A stretch of 64,000 bases of DNA from Clostridia bacterium (GCA_017455975.1 JAFTLK010000039.1:6379-70378), one strand, 5' to 3'; shown: positions 9,535 to 20,682, numbered from the stretch's first letter. The notes: generated by a model from the letters alone, not told the origin. Numbers and translations are program-made.

Positions 9535-11324
9535 GCGGCATCACCGTTATCGCCTTCCGCGGGGGTCTGCCCCAATGCCTCTGTTTCCGTTTCTTCACTG
9601 ACCTTCGGCGGCTCATAATCGGGTCCGCCGGATACGGTGAAGTCGATCTTTGTTGCCGACTTCGGCACAGACGCAAACTCCGGCTTGGATTGCGACAAGA
9701 TGGTACCGATGGGCTGGTCGGACACGACATACTTGACCTTGCCCAGTGCCAGATCGTTTTCAATGAGGATCTTCATTGCCTCATCCCGTACAAGACCGAG
9801 GAAGTTCGGTACCTGCACATATTCGATCTTCTGTCCTTTTGAGACATACAGCGTTACGGTATCACCGGAGGTCACGGTATCGCCCGCCGGCGGATCCATC
9901 CGATAGACATATCCCTCCAGCGCCGTATCGTGGTACTCCTCAAGCACCTTGCAGTACAGTCCCATGCGCGACAGCAGCAGCTCCGCCTGTCTGTATTCCT
10001 GTCCGGTCAGATCGGCGAGCTTAAAGGTCTGCGCACCGAGAGATACCGTCAGCGTCACGGTACACTTCTGGTCGTGCTTTTCGCTGACCTTGCGTGCGGT
10101 TCCGGAAGCGGGATTCTGTGAAATGACCGTATTGGTCGGTGCTTCCGCATCATAGATCTGGTCGATCTCAATGTTGTAATACTTGGCAAATTCCATCTGA
10201 TTGAGCAGCGTATCGGAATAAAGCATCCCGACAAAGTTCTCGATCTCGATGGTCTGATAATCCTCTTCCTGCTCTGCAATGATGAGCTGATCCAGCGCAT
10301 AGATGATCGCAACGCCCATGACGATCATGAACGACAGCGCAACACCGAGTATGACGGGGAACATCGAATGGCTGCCGCGTCTGTGTTTCCCGCGCGCAGA
10401 GGACGCCGGTGTGATCTTCTTTTTGCCGCGGAAGTCCACGTCATCCTCATCTTCCGGCTTGCGGGTCGGGAAGATGGTATCGGGTCTCTGCCGCAGCTGC
10501 ATGACACAGCGCAGCATATCCGAGGCGCTCTGGTAACGGTATTCGGGATCCTTTTCCATGGCGCAGAGGATCAGCTGCTCAAGCCCATGCGGAAGGGAGG
10601 GGTTCAGCTCTCCCGGAGGAACAGGATTGTCGTTGACCTGCATCAGAACGACGGAAACGGAGGATTCCGCATAGAACGGAAGCTGTCCCGTGACCATTTC
10701 ATACAGCATCGCACCGAGGGAGTACAGGTCGGAGCGCGGGTCGATGAGCTTGCCGGAGGCCTGCTCCGGACTGATATAGTAAACCGTACCGATGGCCTTA
10801 TCGGTCATAGTCACGGTATCCGTATTCGGCAGCTTGGCAATACCGAAGTCCGTGACCTTGATGACACCGTTTTTGAGCAGCATGATGTTCTGCGGCTTGA
10901 TATCACGGTGGATGATGCCCTTGGCATGGGCGTGCTCAAGCGCTTTGAGGATCTGCTCCATATAGGACAGTGCTTCCTTCCAGCCGATGACACCCTTCCG
11001 GTTCATATAATTCTTGAGCGTAATGCCATGGATATACTCCATGACGATATATTTGATGTCATCCTTCACCGAAACATCGTAGATATTGACAATGTTTGGG
11101 TGATTGAGCATTGCGACGGCACGGGACTCATTGATGAACCGCTTGACCGACTGCGCATCGTTGTTGATCTCTTCCTTGAGCATCTTGACCGCAACCGTCC
11201 GGTTCATCAGCATGTCATGTGCTTCAAAGACGACCGCCATACCGCCGATGCCGATGATCTTATTGATCTTATAACGCCGGTCAAAAACCTGTCCGACGTA
11301 TTTTTCAAATTGCTCCATGCTCAT
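9531..11324 (-). CDS. prkC: Ser/Thr protein kinase with a TM segment and extracellular PASTA repeats (PrkC type)
   Basis: 597 aa. Hanks kinase motifs (GIGGMAVVF, HRDIKPQNIML, DFGIAK), a TM helix, then three PASTA-like repeats. ATGA overlap with stp. Confidence 0.93.
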   Translation of the reverse strand: MSMEQFEKYVGQVFDRRYKINKIIGIGGMAVVFEAHDMLMNRTVAVKMLKEEINNDAQSVKRFINESRAVAMLNHPNIVNIYDVSVKDDIKYIVMEYIHGITLKNYMNRKGVIGWKEALSYMEQILKALEHAHAKGIIHRDIKPQNIMLLKNGVIKVTDFGIAKLPNTDTVTMTDKAIGTVYYISPEQASGKLIDPRSDLYSLGAMLYEMVTGQLPFYAESSVSVVLMQVNDNPVPPGELNPSLPHGLEQLILCAMEKDPEYRYQSASDMLRCVMQLRQRPDTIFPTRKPEDEDDVDFRGKKKITPASSARGKHRRGSHSMFPVILGVALSFMIVMGVAIIYALDQLIIAEQEEDYQTIEIENFVGMLYSDTLLNQMEFAKYYNIEIDQIYDAEAPTNTVISQNPASGTARKVSEKHDQKCTVTLTVSLGAQTFKLADLTGQEYRQAELLLSRMGLYCKVLEEYHDTALEGYVYRMDPPAGDTVTSGDTVTLYVSKGQKIEYVQVPNFLGLVRDEAMKILIENDLALGKVKYVVSDQPIGTILSQSKPEFASVPKSATKIDFTVSGGPDYEPPKVSEETETEALGQTPAEGDNGDAA

Positions 11325-12136
11325 GCGTTATCGTCCTTTGATTCGTTGGTTTGATTTTTCCGCAGTGCCATCAGCACAACGGTGATGTTGTCCACGCCGC
11401 CTGCGGCATTGGCCGCATCGACAAGCTCGGCAGCGATCGCGTCGCCGTCATACAGAGGCTTTGCAAGTCCCTCTGTCAGCATCGCCTGAATATCCTCCGC
11501 TTCGACATAGCCGGAGAGGCCGTCGGAGCAGAGCAGTGCACATCCGTCCTCGTGCAGGCGCGACAGATCGACGGAAAAGATGTCCGATTCAATGCTGCGC
11601 TCGATGCCGACCGCGCGGGTAATGACATTACGGTTGGGATAATCCCGGGCCTCCTCACGCGTCAGCTTGCCTGTATCCATGAGGTACTGCACCAGGGAAT
11701 GGTCGCGCGTGATCTGTGTCAGACGGCCGCGGTTATACAGATACAGTCTGGAGTCGCCGACATTGACGGCATACAGCACATCACCGACCACAAGCGCGGC
11801 AACCAGCGTCGTACCCATGCCCTTGAGGCTCTTGTCGCGTTCGGTACTGCTGTAAACACACTGATTGGCACCGGTCACAGCGCGCGCAAGCATCGAGGAG
11901 AAATCGCCCTCTGTCGCCCGTCCTTCCCGGACCTTATCAGAGGTGACAAAGGCTTCGACTGCCGCTACAAAGTGCTCACAGGCGAGCGCGGAAGCAATAT
12001 TGCCGCCGTTTGCACCGCCCATACCGTCACAGACGACGCCGAGCGCACAGCCGATTTCATTCCAGAGACGGATCACAAAGCTGTCCTGATTGTTTTTCCG
12101 GCGTTTTCCGATATCCGTTTTGCCGCTTAAGATCAT
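11321..12136 (-). CDS. stp: PP2C-family Ser/Thr phosphatase (Stp/PrpC)
   Basis: 271 aa. KTDIGKRRKNNQDSF, VCDGMGG and GGVDNITVV motifs. Conserved position upstream of prkC. Confidence 0.9.
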   Translation of the reverse strand: MILSGKTDIGKRRKNNQDSFVIRLWNEIGCALGVVCDGMGGANGGNIASALACEHFVAAVEAFVTSDKVREGRATEGDFSSMLARAVTGANQCVYSSTERDKSLKGMGTTLVAALVVGDVLYAVNVGDSRLYLYNRGRLTQITRDHSLVQYLMDTGKLTREEARDYPNRNVITRAVGIERSIESDIFSVDLSRLHEDGCALLCSDGLSGYVEAEDIQAMLTEGLAKPLYDGDAIAAELVDAANAAGGVDNITVVLMALRKNQTNESKDDNA

Positions 12137-12174
12137 TGCAGATCACACTCCCTTTCCTTTTATCATGATATAGA

Positions 12175-13254
12175 TTATGTTGATGACAGAATATTTTTCC
12201 GAATCTGATTTTCTCTGTTGCGCAGCTGTCCGCAGGAAGCATTGATGTCGGGACCGAGGGTTCTGCGCACCGTTGCCGTCATTCCGTTTTTCTCGAGGAT
12301 CGCCGCAAATCTCCGTACATTTGCCATGTCGGACGATGCGAAATCACGCTCGCTGATCGGATTGACAGGAATCAGATTGATATGGATCGGCATCTTCCGG
12401 CCGATATGCTTTTTCATTGTCTGCACAAGCTGCGCCGCTCCCTCTGCCGTATCGTTTTTGCCGGCAATCAGGGTATATTCAAAGGAGATACGGCGTCCGG
12501 TCTTCTCGAAATAACGGACAGTCGCTGACAGCAGCTGTGCAATGTTCCATTTTTTGTTGATCGGCATGATCTCCGAGCGGAGCGCATCCGTCGGCGCATG
12601 CAGGGAAACAGACAGTGTTACCGGCATCCCCTCCAGTTCCAGACGGTCAATGCCGTCGACCAGCCCGCAGGTGGACAGGGAGATGTGGCGGTATCCGATG
12701 TTCAGCCCTCCCTCATCTCCGACCAGCCGCAGAAATTTCATAACATTGTCATAGTTGTCCAGCGGTTCACCGATGCCCATCAGAACGATGCCGGAGATCC
12801 TTTCTCCCATATCGCGCTGTGCCATGATGACCTGACCGAGCATTTCCGCAGGGGTCAGATCGCGCACCTTACCGCCGAGGGTCGATGCGCAGAATGCACA
12901 GCCCATGCGGCAGCCTGCCTGTGTGGATATACAGATGGTATTGCCGTGATGATAGCGCATAAAAACGCTTTCAATATTCTGCCCGTCAGCCAGCGTCCAA
13001 AGATACTTGACCGTACCGTCCTGGGCAGATACAAATTTTTCCTCAATTTCGGGAAACGGCACGACCGCCGTCTCACCGAGCTTTTCGCGCAGTGCCTTTG
13101 ACAGATTGGACATACCGTCAAATCCGACACCTGCGTGCATCCATTTGAAGATCTGTCCGGCGCGGAATTTCGGCTCGCCGATGGAACGGCAGAACGCTTC
13201 CAGCTCCGACATATCCATGGACAGAAGATCGGTTTTACTTACTGTTTCACTCAT
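12175..13254 (-). CDS. rlmN: 23S rRNA/tRNA (adenine-C2)-methyltransferase RlmN (radical SAM)
   Basis: CxxxCxxC cluster (GCRMGCAFCAS), FRAGQIFKWMH N-terminus. I chose the ATG at 13254 (MSETVSK...) rather than the longest ORF start at 13383, which runs into rsmB. Confidence 0.9.
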   Translation of the reverse strand: MSETVSKTDLLSMDMSELEAFCRSIGEPKFRAGQIFKWMHAGVGFDGMSNLSKALREKLGETAVVPFPEIEEKFVSAQDGTVKYLWTLADGQNIESVFMRYHHGNTICISTQAGCRMGCAFCASTLGGKVRDLTPAEMLGQVIMAQRDMGERISGIVLMGIGEPLDNYDNVMKFLRLVGDEGGLNIGYRHISLSTCGLVDGIDRLELEGMPVTLSVSLHAPTDALRSEIMPINKKWNIAQLLSATVRYFEKTGRRISFEYTLIAGKNDTAEGAAQLVQTMKKHIGRKMPIHINLIPVNPISERDFASSDMANVRRFAAILEKNGMTATVRRTLGPDINASCGQLRNRENQIRKNILSST

Positions 13255-13288
13255 GTATCTATCTGATTCTTTCTGTTGATAGGATCGG

Positions 13289-14614
13289 TTATCCGTCTGC
13301 CCGTACCATCTTCGCAATGAAGAATCCGTCACAGCCGGGATATTCATCGGGGAACAGTGACAGCATGCCGCCGTCAATGTCACATCCGCCGACAGAAAAC
13401 GTCTGCGGACGGTATTCGGGATGTGCAGAAAGGAATTTTTTTACGTTATCTTCGTTTTCCGCATGATTGAGCGTACAGGTGGAGTAAACCAGTACACCGC
13501 CGGGCCTGACATACCGCGCACAGTTTTCAAGAATGGAATACTGAATGTCCGGCAGACGTTCGATCTCCTCCTTGCCCTTATGACGGATATCAGGCTTCTT
13601 GGAAAGCACGCCAAGGCCCGAGCAGGGAACATCGCACAGCACGCGGTCGAAAGCACCCTCCAGCTCCGGTACAAATAAAGCACCGTTTTGTTCTCTCGTT
13701 TCGATGATCGAAATACCGAGCCTCTGCGCCCCCTCCGACACCAGCTTCAGCTTGTTTTTGTGAAGATCGCAGGAAAGGATTTTTCCCGTATTGTTCATCC
13801 ACAGCGCTGTGGAAAAGCTCTTTCCGCCGGGGCAGGCACATGCATCGATGACCGTTTCACCGGGCTTCGCTCCGAGTACATACGCGGCCAGCTGCGATGC
13901 CTCATCCTGTACAAAGCAATCGCCGCTGTCAAATCCGGGAATCGTATCGATCGGACAATGGTCTCTCAGGCGGATGCCGCCGGGCACAAGCGCTGTTTTT
14001 TGATATTTGATGCCCGCTGCATCAAGCGATGCACAGAGTGCATCCCCGGTCGTCTTCAGCGAATTGACGCGCAGGGTGATCGGCGGATTTTCATCGAACG
14101 CACGGAAGATCGCCTCGGTCTTTTCCATACCGTACATCTGCGACCACATCTCACACAGCCACGCGGGATACGCATACGTCACGCTGAGATAGGTGACAGG
14201 ATCGGAGGCGGCATCGGGAAAGCGAAGCCGTTTTTCTTCTCTGCGGTAAGCATGCAGTACGGCATTGACAAACGACACCGCGCTTTTTGCGGCAAACCGC
14301 CGGCATAACTCCGCCGCATCGTTGACAATCGCATAATCGGGAACACGGTCGAGATACCGCATCTGGTACAGCGACAGGCGCAGGATGATGCGGACATTGG
14401 CGTCAAGCGTGCGCTTTTTGTCGCACAGCGCGTCAATGATATAGTCCAGCGTGATCTTGCGCTCCACCGTACCGTAAAAGATCGCGGTATACAGCGCACG
14501 GTCAGCACCCTCAAGTCCATTGCGGCGAATGGCGGTATCAGCCTCGATATTGGCAAATTTTTTATTGGTTTCGTATTTCTGCAGCGATACAAATGCCGCT
14601 TCTCTTGCTGTCAT
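13289..14614 (-). CDS. rsmB: 16S rRNA (cytosine967-C5)-methyltransferase RsmB (Sun)
   Basis: 441 aa. NusB-like N-terminal domain plus methyltransferase motifs DACACPGGKS, DRVLCDVPCSG and YSTCT. Confidence 0.9.
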   Translation of the reverse strand: MTAREAAFVSLQKYETNKKFANIEADTAIRRNGLEGADRALYTAIFYGTVERKITLDYIIDALCDKKRTLDANVRIILRLSLYQMRYLDRVPDYAIVNDAAELCRRFAAKSAVSFVNAVLHAYRREEKRLRFPDAASDPVTYLSVTYAYPAWLCEMWSQMYGMEKTEAIFRAFDENPPITLRVNSLKTTGDALCASLDAAGIKYQKTALVPGGIRLRDHCPIDTIPGFDSGDCFVQDEASQLAAYVLGAKPGETVIDACACPGGKSFSTALWMNNTGKILSCDLHKNKLKLVSEGAQRLGISIIETREQNGALFVPELEGAFDRVLCDVPCSGLGVLSKKPDIRHKGKEEIERLPDIQYSILENCARYVRPGGVLVYSTCTLNHAENEDNVKKFLSAHPEYRPQTFSVGGCDIDGGMLSLFPDEYPGCDGFFIAKMVRADG

Positions 14615-14658
14615 ATTGATCCTTTTTCTGTTTATTGCTTATGTGTTGCACCGCGCCC

Positions 14659-15369
14659 TCAGCGACGGCGTTTGTTGTTGGAGCTGACAATGGTCCACAG
14701 ACGGAACAGCTGCACAAGGGCGGACAGCAGCGCCGCGACATATGTCATGGCTGCGGCAGACAGCACCTTTTTTGCACCCCCGAGCTCCTCTCTGTCAAGA
14801 GAGCCGCCCTCCTCCAGCGCCGTCAGCGCACGGCGGGATGCATTGAACTCAACCGGCAGTGTAACCAGCTGGAAAAACGCGACAACGGCATACAGCCAGA
14901 AGCCGACATATGCAAGCACGCCGAACTGCAGTAAAATACCGAACATCAGAATATAAATCGACCACTGCGATGCAAACTGCGTCAGCGAAACAATCGAGGC
15001 GCGCAGCTTGATCGGCCCGTAGCCCGTGGCATACTGCACCGCGTGCCCCGCCTCATGTGCGGCAACACCGACAGCTGCGATGGATGCGGTTCCGTATACC
15101 GCATCCGACAGACGGATGACATTGGCGCGCGGATCGTAATGGTCGGTCAGATTGCCGGATATGTGCTCGATCTGCACATGATACAGCCCGTTGCGGTCAA
15201 GGATCAGCCGCGCGGCATCATAGCCGGTCATACGGCGCTTGTTGGTGATCTTGTTATACTGATTGAAGGTGCCGGTCACAGATGCCTGTGCCCAGAAGGA
15301 GAAGATCAGCACCGGAATCAGAATCAGGATATATGTGATATCATATCCTCCATAATATATTGCAGGCAA
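14659..15369 (-). CDS. membrane zinc metallopeptidase (YugP-like, HExxH)
   Basis: 236 aa. HEAGHAVQ motif between TM helices. TTG start preceded by AAAGGAG at a 7-nt spacing. Confidence 0.8.
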   Translation of the reverse strand: MPAIYYGGYDITYILILIPVLIFSFWAQASVTGTFNQYNKITNKRRMTGYDAARLILDRNGLYHVQIEHISGNLTDHYDPRANVIRLSDAVYGTASIAAVGVAAHEAGHAVQYATGYGPIKLRASIVSLTQFASQWSIYILMFGILLQFGVLAYVGFWLYAVVAFFQLVTLPVEFNASRRALTALEEGGSLDREELGGAKKVLSAAAMTYVAALLSALVQLFRLWTIVSSNNKRRR

Positions 15370-15381
15370 CAGAATACTCCT

Positions 15382-16368
15382 TTATTTCTTTTCTTCAAAA
15401 ATCGGCATGGAAAGCCGGTCTCCCTCGGCGATCTTTCTTCCGCGGATGAAATCACCGGCATTCATTTTACCCTTTCCCTCGGGAACGAGTGCCGTGACAC
15501 CGAGTATGCCCTCACCGCATGCGACGGTGAACATACCTTTTTTGGCGTCGGCGGAAAGGACAGTGCCCGGTTCCCCGTGCACGCCCTCTTTTTCCACAAC
15601 GACAGTGGAAACCAGCTTGCAGTTCTTCGTCTCTTTCTCGGTCGTCAGCACGGCAATGCCGAGCGGTGCGGGCGAGAGGCCGCGGATCTTATTGTGCAGA
15701 ATCTGTGCGGAAACGGTAAAGTCCAGCGCACATTCCGCCTTTTCGATCTTCGGTGCATAGTTTGCAAGTGTATCGTCCTGAACCTGCCGTGTAACTGTAC
15801 CGTTTTCAATGGACGGAATCACGGACACCAGCAGCTTACCGCCGGATTTGCCCATGCGGTCATACAGAGAACCGAAATCCTCATTTTCACCGATCTCAAT
15901 GCGGTCGGCGGCGATGACATCACCCGTATCAATGCCGTCTGCCATGAATTGGATGGTATTGCCGGTGCATGTCAGACCGTCCATGATCGCACGCTGGATC
16001 GGTGCGGCACCGCGATAAGCGGGCAGAAGAGAACCGTGGACATTGATGCAGCCGTATTTGGGATAATCAAGCACACTGCGCGGCAGGATCTTGCCGTAGG
16101 CCGCAACAACGATCAGCTCCGGATCCAGCCGTGCAAGCAGCTCGGCAAACGCCTCATCGCGCAGGGTGGTCGGCTGGTATACAGAAAGTCCGATGGATTC
16201 GGCGTATTCCTTGACCGGGGTCGGGATCAGCTTATAGCCGCGACCCTTGGGCTTATCGGGCTGGGACAGAACGCCGACGATCTCCCAGCCGTTTGCCTCA
16301 CGGTTTTCCCAGAGTGCGGTCAGCTGGTCTCGGGCAAATTCCGGTGTGCCCATGAATAGGATTTTCAT
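15382..16368 (-). CDS. fmt: methionyl-tRNA formyltransferase
   Basis: 328 aa. MKILFMGTPEFA N-terminus, HGSLLPAYRGAAPIQ motif, and the def-fmt pairing. Confidence 0.95.
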   Translation of the reverse strand: MKILFMGTPEFARDQLTALWENREANGWEIVGVLSQPDKPKGRGYKLIPTPVKEYAESIGLSVYQPTTLRDEAFAELLARLDPELIVVAAYGKILPRSVLDYPKYGCINVHGSLLPAYRGAAPIQRAIMDGLTCTGNTIQFMADGIDTGDVIAADRIEIGENEDFGSLYDRMGKSGGKLLVSVIPSIENGTVTRQVQDDTLANYAPKIEKAECALDFTVSAQILHNKIRGLSPAPLGIAVLTTEKETKNCKLVSTVVVEKEGVHGEPGTVLSADAKKGMFTVACGEGILGVTALVPEGKGKMNAGDFIRGRKIAEGDRLSMPIFEEKK

Positions 16369-16423
16369 AAAATTGGATTCCTCCTGTGGAACTTCAAAAA
16401 AACACGAAGAATAAAACGCAGTT

Positions 16424-16879
16424 TTATTCTTCTACGACCATCTCCGCATGGTCGATGTACAGAATGCCGTCGAGATGATCGATCTCATGGCAGAACGCTC
16501 TTGCAAGCAGCCCCTCGCCCTCCAGCGTGATCTGCTCACCGTCGCGGTTGAGTGCTTCGACCTTGACATATGCCGGGCGATCGGTATAGCCCTGTCTGCC
16601 GGGCACGGAGAGACAGCCCTCGAGCTCATGCTGCTGTCCGCGGCGCTCAACGATCACGGGATTGATGAGCTCAAGCACCTGACCGGGCTCGCATTCGATG
16701 ACGACCACGCGGCGCAGAACACCGACCTGCGGTGCCGCAAGTCCGCAGCCGTCAGCATGACGCATGGTTTCCGTCATGTCGTCAAGCAGGGTATGGATAC
16801 GTTTATTGATATCGGAGACAGCGCGGCTCTTCAGACGCAGCGCGGTATCACCGTCCTTGAGAATTTTCAGCTTTGCCAT
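16424..16879 (-). CDS. def: peptide deformylase
   Basis: 151 aa. [13 protein letters not shown] and HEIDHLDG motifs. Confidence 0.95.
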   Translation of the reverse strand: MAKLKILKDGDTALRLKSRAVSDINKRIHTLLDDMTETMRHADGCGLAAPQVGVLRRVVVIECEPGQVLELINPVIVERRGQQHELEGCLSVPGRQGYTDRPAYVKVEALNRDGEQITLEGEGLLARAFCHEIDHLDGILYIDHAEMVVEE

Positions 16880-16905
16880 TACAGTAGTTACTCCTTATGC
16901 TGTTG

Positions 16906-19533
16906 TTACAGATTGCTCGGATTGACATCGATGGAAACGGCAACACGTCCGGAACAGAGATTATACGATTCCGTCATGATGCAGTCCAGCAGCGCACGCG
17001 TCCGCCGGTTGAGCCGGCATTTCAGAATCATGCGCATTCTGAATTTTTCGTTGACTTTATAGACCTGTGCTTCAAACGGACCGAAGATGGCCATCTGCAC
17101 ATCATGATATTCACCGCCCGGGGCAAGCAGCGCCCGCAGACGCGCAGCGATCTTTGTCGCAGCGTTCATGACCTCGACTTCCTCGGCAGAGGAATAGGAC
17201 AGCAGTACCATTTCACAGAACGGCGGGAACACCATCGCCTCACGCATCCGGATGGCTCCGCGGTAGAAGGTCTCGTAGTCCTGTGCCGCCGCGAGCTTCA
17301 GAATTTCATTGTCCGGATTATAGGTCTGGATCACCGCCCGTCCCGGTTTATCGGCCCGCCCCGCACGTCCGATAACCTGCGTAATCAGCGAAAACGCCTT
17401 TTCCGAGGCACGGTAATCGTCCTGATACAGCATCGCGTCGGCGGAAAGAATGCCGACGAGCGTGACATCGGGGAAATCATGTCCCTTTGTGACCATCTGC
17501 GTACCGAGCAGGACATCGAAGGTTTTGTTGCGGAACGATTTCAAAATCAGGTCATGTGAGAATTTTTCTTTCGTGGTATCCATATCCATGCGCTGGGTAC
17601 GGATCTGCGGGAAGCGTACACCGATGTCCTCCTCGGCGCGCTGTGTCCCGTAGCCGAATGCATGCAGATGCGGTCCGTGACATTCCGGACACACCTGCGG
17701 TGTGCGCACCTGGGTTCCGCAGTAATGGCAGACGAGAACGCCGCCGATGGCTCCCTGCGGTGCGGCAGGATCAATGACCGTTTCGGGGGCTGCTGCGCCG
17801 CCCTTTTTATGCAGGGTCATCGGCACAGAGCAATGCGGACACATGATCGGATTTTTACAGGACAGGCAGGAGACATACTTATGATACCCACGTCGGTTGA
17901 TAAATAAAATCGCCTGTTCATTTTTTTCTTTGGTTTCGGTCAAAGCGGCGGAAAGAACACCGCCCAGCGGTGTTTCACCGCTTCCGCTGATCGCCTCACC
18001 GTGCATATCGGCCATGACGACCTCGGGAAGCGCCGCACCGCCATATCGGTTTTTCAGCGTGATGAGCGAATACATGCCGCGCTCCGCCTTGTAATAGCTT
18101 TCAAGCGACGGCGTTGCGGATGCAAGCAGCAGCAGCGCTTTGCTGTGCGCACAGCGGAAGCGTGCGGCATCACGGGCATGGTATTTCGGATTGCTGTCGG
18201 ATTTGTAGGTGTGCTCCTGTTCCTCGTCGATGACAATCATACCGAGCCGCTCAAACGGCACAAATACAGCCGAGCGCGTTCCGATGACGATATCGACATC
18301 CCCGCGCTTGACCCTCCGCCATACATCGAGCCGCTCCCCGGCCGACAGTGCCGAGTGCAGCAGTGCAACACGGTTTCCGTAATAGGAGCAGAAAATCGAC
18401 ACCGACTGCGGCGTCAGCGAAATTTCCGGAACGAGCATAATGACCTGCCTGCCGTCTGCAAGCACCTCATCCATCATCGCTTTGATGACGCGCGTCTTAC
18501 CGGAGCCTGTTACGCCATGCAGAAGTGCTGCCTTCGGTTCATGCGTTTTATAAAGCGCACAAAGTGCATCCTTGGCATTCTGCTGTTCCTCTGACAGAAT
18601 ATTGTCGTCCGCCGGCTTTGCCTGATATGCCGCGGCATACGGATTGCGGTAGACCTGTTCCTGTCGGACGGTGACGTGTCCCTCTTTGGCAAGTACACGC
18701 AGGGCGGTGGAGCCGATGACATCCTGTGTTTCGAGCGCATTGATCAGAATTTCTTCACCGTTTGCGGCGGCGACCCGTTCCATGACACCGGCATATGCCT
18801 CACTTCTGTGGCGATATCCGTATTTCTCACGAAGCGTCTCATCCCCGGCAAGGATCGCGCGGATATCATCCGGCGGGATACGGGAGGAAAGATACATCTG
18901 ATACACCGCATTTTCGCTGTCGGACAGCTTGTAGGCGCGCGCAAGAAGACCCTTCTTCACCATGGCATCTGCGCATCGTATCGCTCCGTCACCGAATGAT
19001 TCGGTCAGCTTTTCGCGTCTGACGCCTTTCTTCTTTTTTACAAGTGCGAGAATATCACCCTCCAGCGACGATGCGCCGGCAAGGGAGGCGAGATACGCCT
19101 CGGCATTCTGCATTGACTCCGGATCCTCCGGCAGGATATAGCGTTCGTGGATGCGGCGCAGAGCACCTGTAGGAATGACGGCTCTTGCCGCATCGCCGAG
19201 CGAGCAGAAGGTCATTTCCTTCATGTAGCGGCAAAGGCCGAGCAGCTCTTCGTTTAACACAAATTCTGCAGGCACAACACGGGATACGGGTTTGCACCGA
19301 TCCACGGGAAAGTCCGCCGGCAGATCCTTCGGCGACTGCAGATCGGTGACAAGTCCCATCACGCGGCGGTTGCTGACGCCGAACGGGACGAGAACAAAGC
19401 ATCCGACGGCTGCCGTTCCGGCAAGCTCCGGGGTCAGATAGTAGGTGAACGGTTTATCTACATGGTAGGGGATATCGAGAATCCTGACAACGGCATACTG
19501 CCGCAGCGGTTCACCGGGCTGTTCTGTATTCAA
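16906..19533 (-). CDS. priA: primosomal protein N' (replication restart helicase PriA)
   Basis: Walker A GVTGSGKT, DEEH box and two Cys4 zinc motifs. The longest ORF starts with TTG at 19557 without an RBS; a TTG at 19533 follows AGGAGGGGAG, so the exact start is uncertain. Confidence 0.9.
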   Translation of the reverse strand: MNTEQPGEPLRQYAVVRILDIPYHVDKPFTYYLTPELAGTAAVGCFVLVPFGVSNRRVMGLVTDLQSPKDLPADFPVDRCKPVSRVVPAEFVLNEELLGLCRYMKEMTFCSLGDAARAVIPTGALRRIHERYILPEDPESMQNAEAYLASLAGASSLEGDILALVKKKKGVRREKLTESFGDGAIRCADAMVKKGLLARAYKLSDSENAVYQMYLSSRIPPDDIRAILAGDETLREKYGYRHRSEAYAGVMERVAAANGEEILINALETQDVIGSTALRVLAKEGHVTVRQEQVYRNPYAAAYQAKPADDNILSEEQQNAKDALCALYKTHEPKAALLHGVTGSGKTRVIKAMMDEVLADGRQVIMLVPEISLTPQSVSIFCSYYGNRVALLHSALSAGERLDVWRRVKRGDVDIVIGTRSAVFVPFERLGMIVIDEEQEHTYKSDSNPKYHARDAARFRCAHSKALLLLASATPSLESYYKAERGMYSLITLKNRYGGAALPEVVMADMHGEAISGSGETPLGGVLSAALTETKEKNEQAILFINRRGYHKYVSCLSCKNPIMCPHCSVPMTLHKKGGAAAPETVIDPAAPQGAIGGVLVCHYCGTQVRTPQVCPECHGPHLHAFGYGTQRAEEDIGVRFPQIRTQRMDMDTTKEKFSHDLILKSFRNKTFDVLLGTQMVTKGHDFPDVTLVGILSADAMLYQDDYRASEKAFSLITQVIGRAGRADKPGRAVIQTYNPDNEILKLAAAQDYETFYRGAIRMREAMVFPPFCEMVLLSYSSAEEVEVMNAATKIAARLRALLAPGGEYHDVQMAIFGPFEAQVYKVNEKFRMRMILKCRLNRRTRALLDCIMTESYNLCSGRVAVSIDVNPSNL

Positions 19534-19585
19534 GTGCTCCCCTCCTGTCTGTATCAAATCTGTTTTGGCTGTATTTCAGATTTGC

Positions 19586-19984
19586 TTATGCGTCTGCGTC
19601 CTCGTCGGCTGCATCTGCGGATGCTTCTTCTTCCATTTCGGAAACAGCGGCTTCCGCTGCAGCTTCCACAGCTTCGATGGTCTGTGCCAGCTCGTCTGTA
19701 CCCGCCTTTTCTTCTTCCTTGGATTCGCCGCCCTCGCTGATGACAAATTCGCCGTTATACAAGCGCTTGATAGCGGTCTTGACAGCCTTTTCGTCACGGA
19801 TCTCTCGCTTGATCATGGAAGCCAGGCTCTTGTCGGTTTCCTTGTTTGCAAGCATCTTTTCTGCGATCTCACGCTGTTCGACATATTCATCGGTGACGAT
19901 GCGTGCGCACTTGGCGGTTGCGATGCAGAGGGTATAACGGTTGTACTGGCCTTTGGTAATTTCATCAATAGACGGATAGATCAT
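19586..19984 (-). CDS. rpoZ: DNA-directed RNA polymerase subunit omega with an acidic C-terminal extension
   Basis: 132 aa. N-terminal IDEITKGQYNRYTLCIATAKCARIV is typical of omega. Sits between gmk and priA as in Bacillus. Confidence 0.85.
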   Translation of the reverse strand: MIYPSIDEITKGQYNRYTLCIATAKCARIVTDEYVEQREIAEKMLANKETDKSLASMIKREIRDEKAVKTAIKRLYNGEFVISEGGESKEEEKAGTDELAQTIEAVEAAAEAAVSEMEEEASADAADEDADA

Positions 19985-20055
19985 GGGATTGGTTCTCCTT
20001 TTCGGTAATTGATTTTGGATTTATGTTGATGGTACTTGAATTGGCTTTGGAACAC

Positions 20056-20682
20056 TCAGGATTCAAAGAAGTGGATCGTATTTTCCAGATTGCGGCTGAC
20101 CTTATGCTGCTCCGCCGCGATGATATTGACGATCTCCTCGGCTGCAGCTGCCGCACCGTCGTCCTCATTGATGACGATGTAGTCATAGTCGGGCAGACAG
20201 CGGATTTCCTCACGCGCCTTGGCAAGACGGTTGGCAATGTCTTCCTCTGTGTTGGTACCGCGGCCGCGCAGACGCGCCTCAAGCGTTCCTGCATCCGGCG
20301 GAAGGACATAAATGAGAACGGCCTCGGGGCAGAGACGTCGTACATTCATTGCACCCTCAACCTCGATTTCCAGAATGACATTGGTACCCTCGACCGTGCG
20401 CTCATACAGTTCTTTTTTCGGTGTGCCGTAATAATTGCCGCAGTAGGTGGTGAATTCCAGTATCTGCTGATCTTCAATGCGGCGCTCAAACTCTTCACGG
20501 GTGATAAAGTAATAGTGAACGCCTTCCTCCTCACCGACACGGGGATCTCTGGTCGTCGCGGAAACCGACAGTGCAAAATTGTCGGGATGCCGGCGGAGAA
20601 GTTCCTTGACAATGGTACCTTTTCCGCATCCGGACGGACCGGAGAGCACAAAGGGAATACCGGGGAGCTTTTTGTTGTTCAT
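20056..20682 (-). CDS. gmk: guanylate kinase
   Basis: 208 aa. P-loop GPSGCGKGT and TTRDPRVGEEEGVHYYF. Confidence 0.95.
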   Translation of the reverse strand: MNNKKLPGIPFVLSGPSGCGKGTIVKELLRRHPDNFALSVSATTRDPRVGEEEGVHYYFITREEFERRIEDQQILEFTTYCGNYYGTPKKELYERTVEGTNVILEIEVEGAMNVRRLCPEAVLIYVLPPDAGTLEARLRGRGTNTEEDIANRLAKAREEIRCLPDYDYIVINEDDGAAAAAEEIVNIIAAEQHKVSRNLENTIHFFES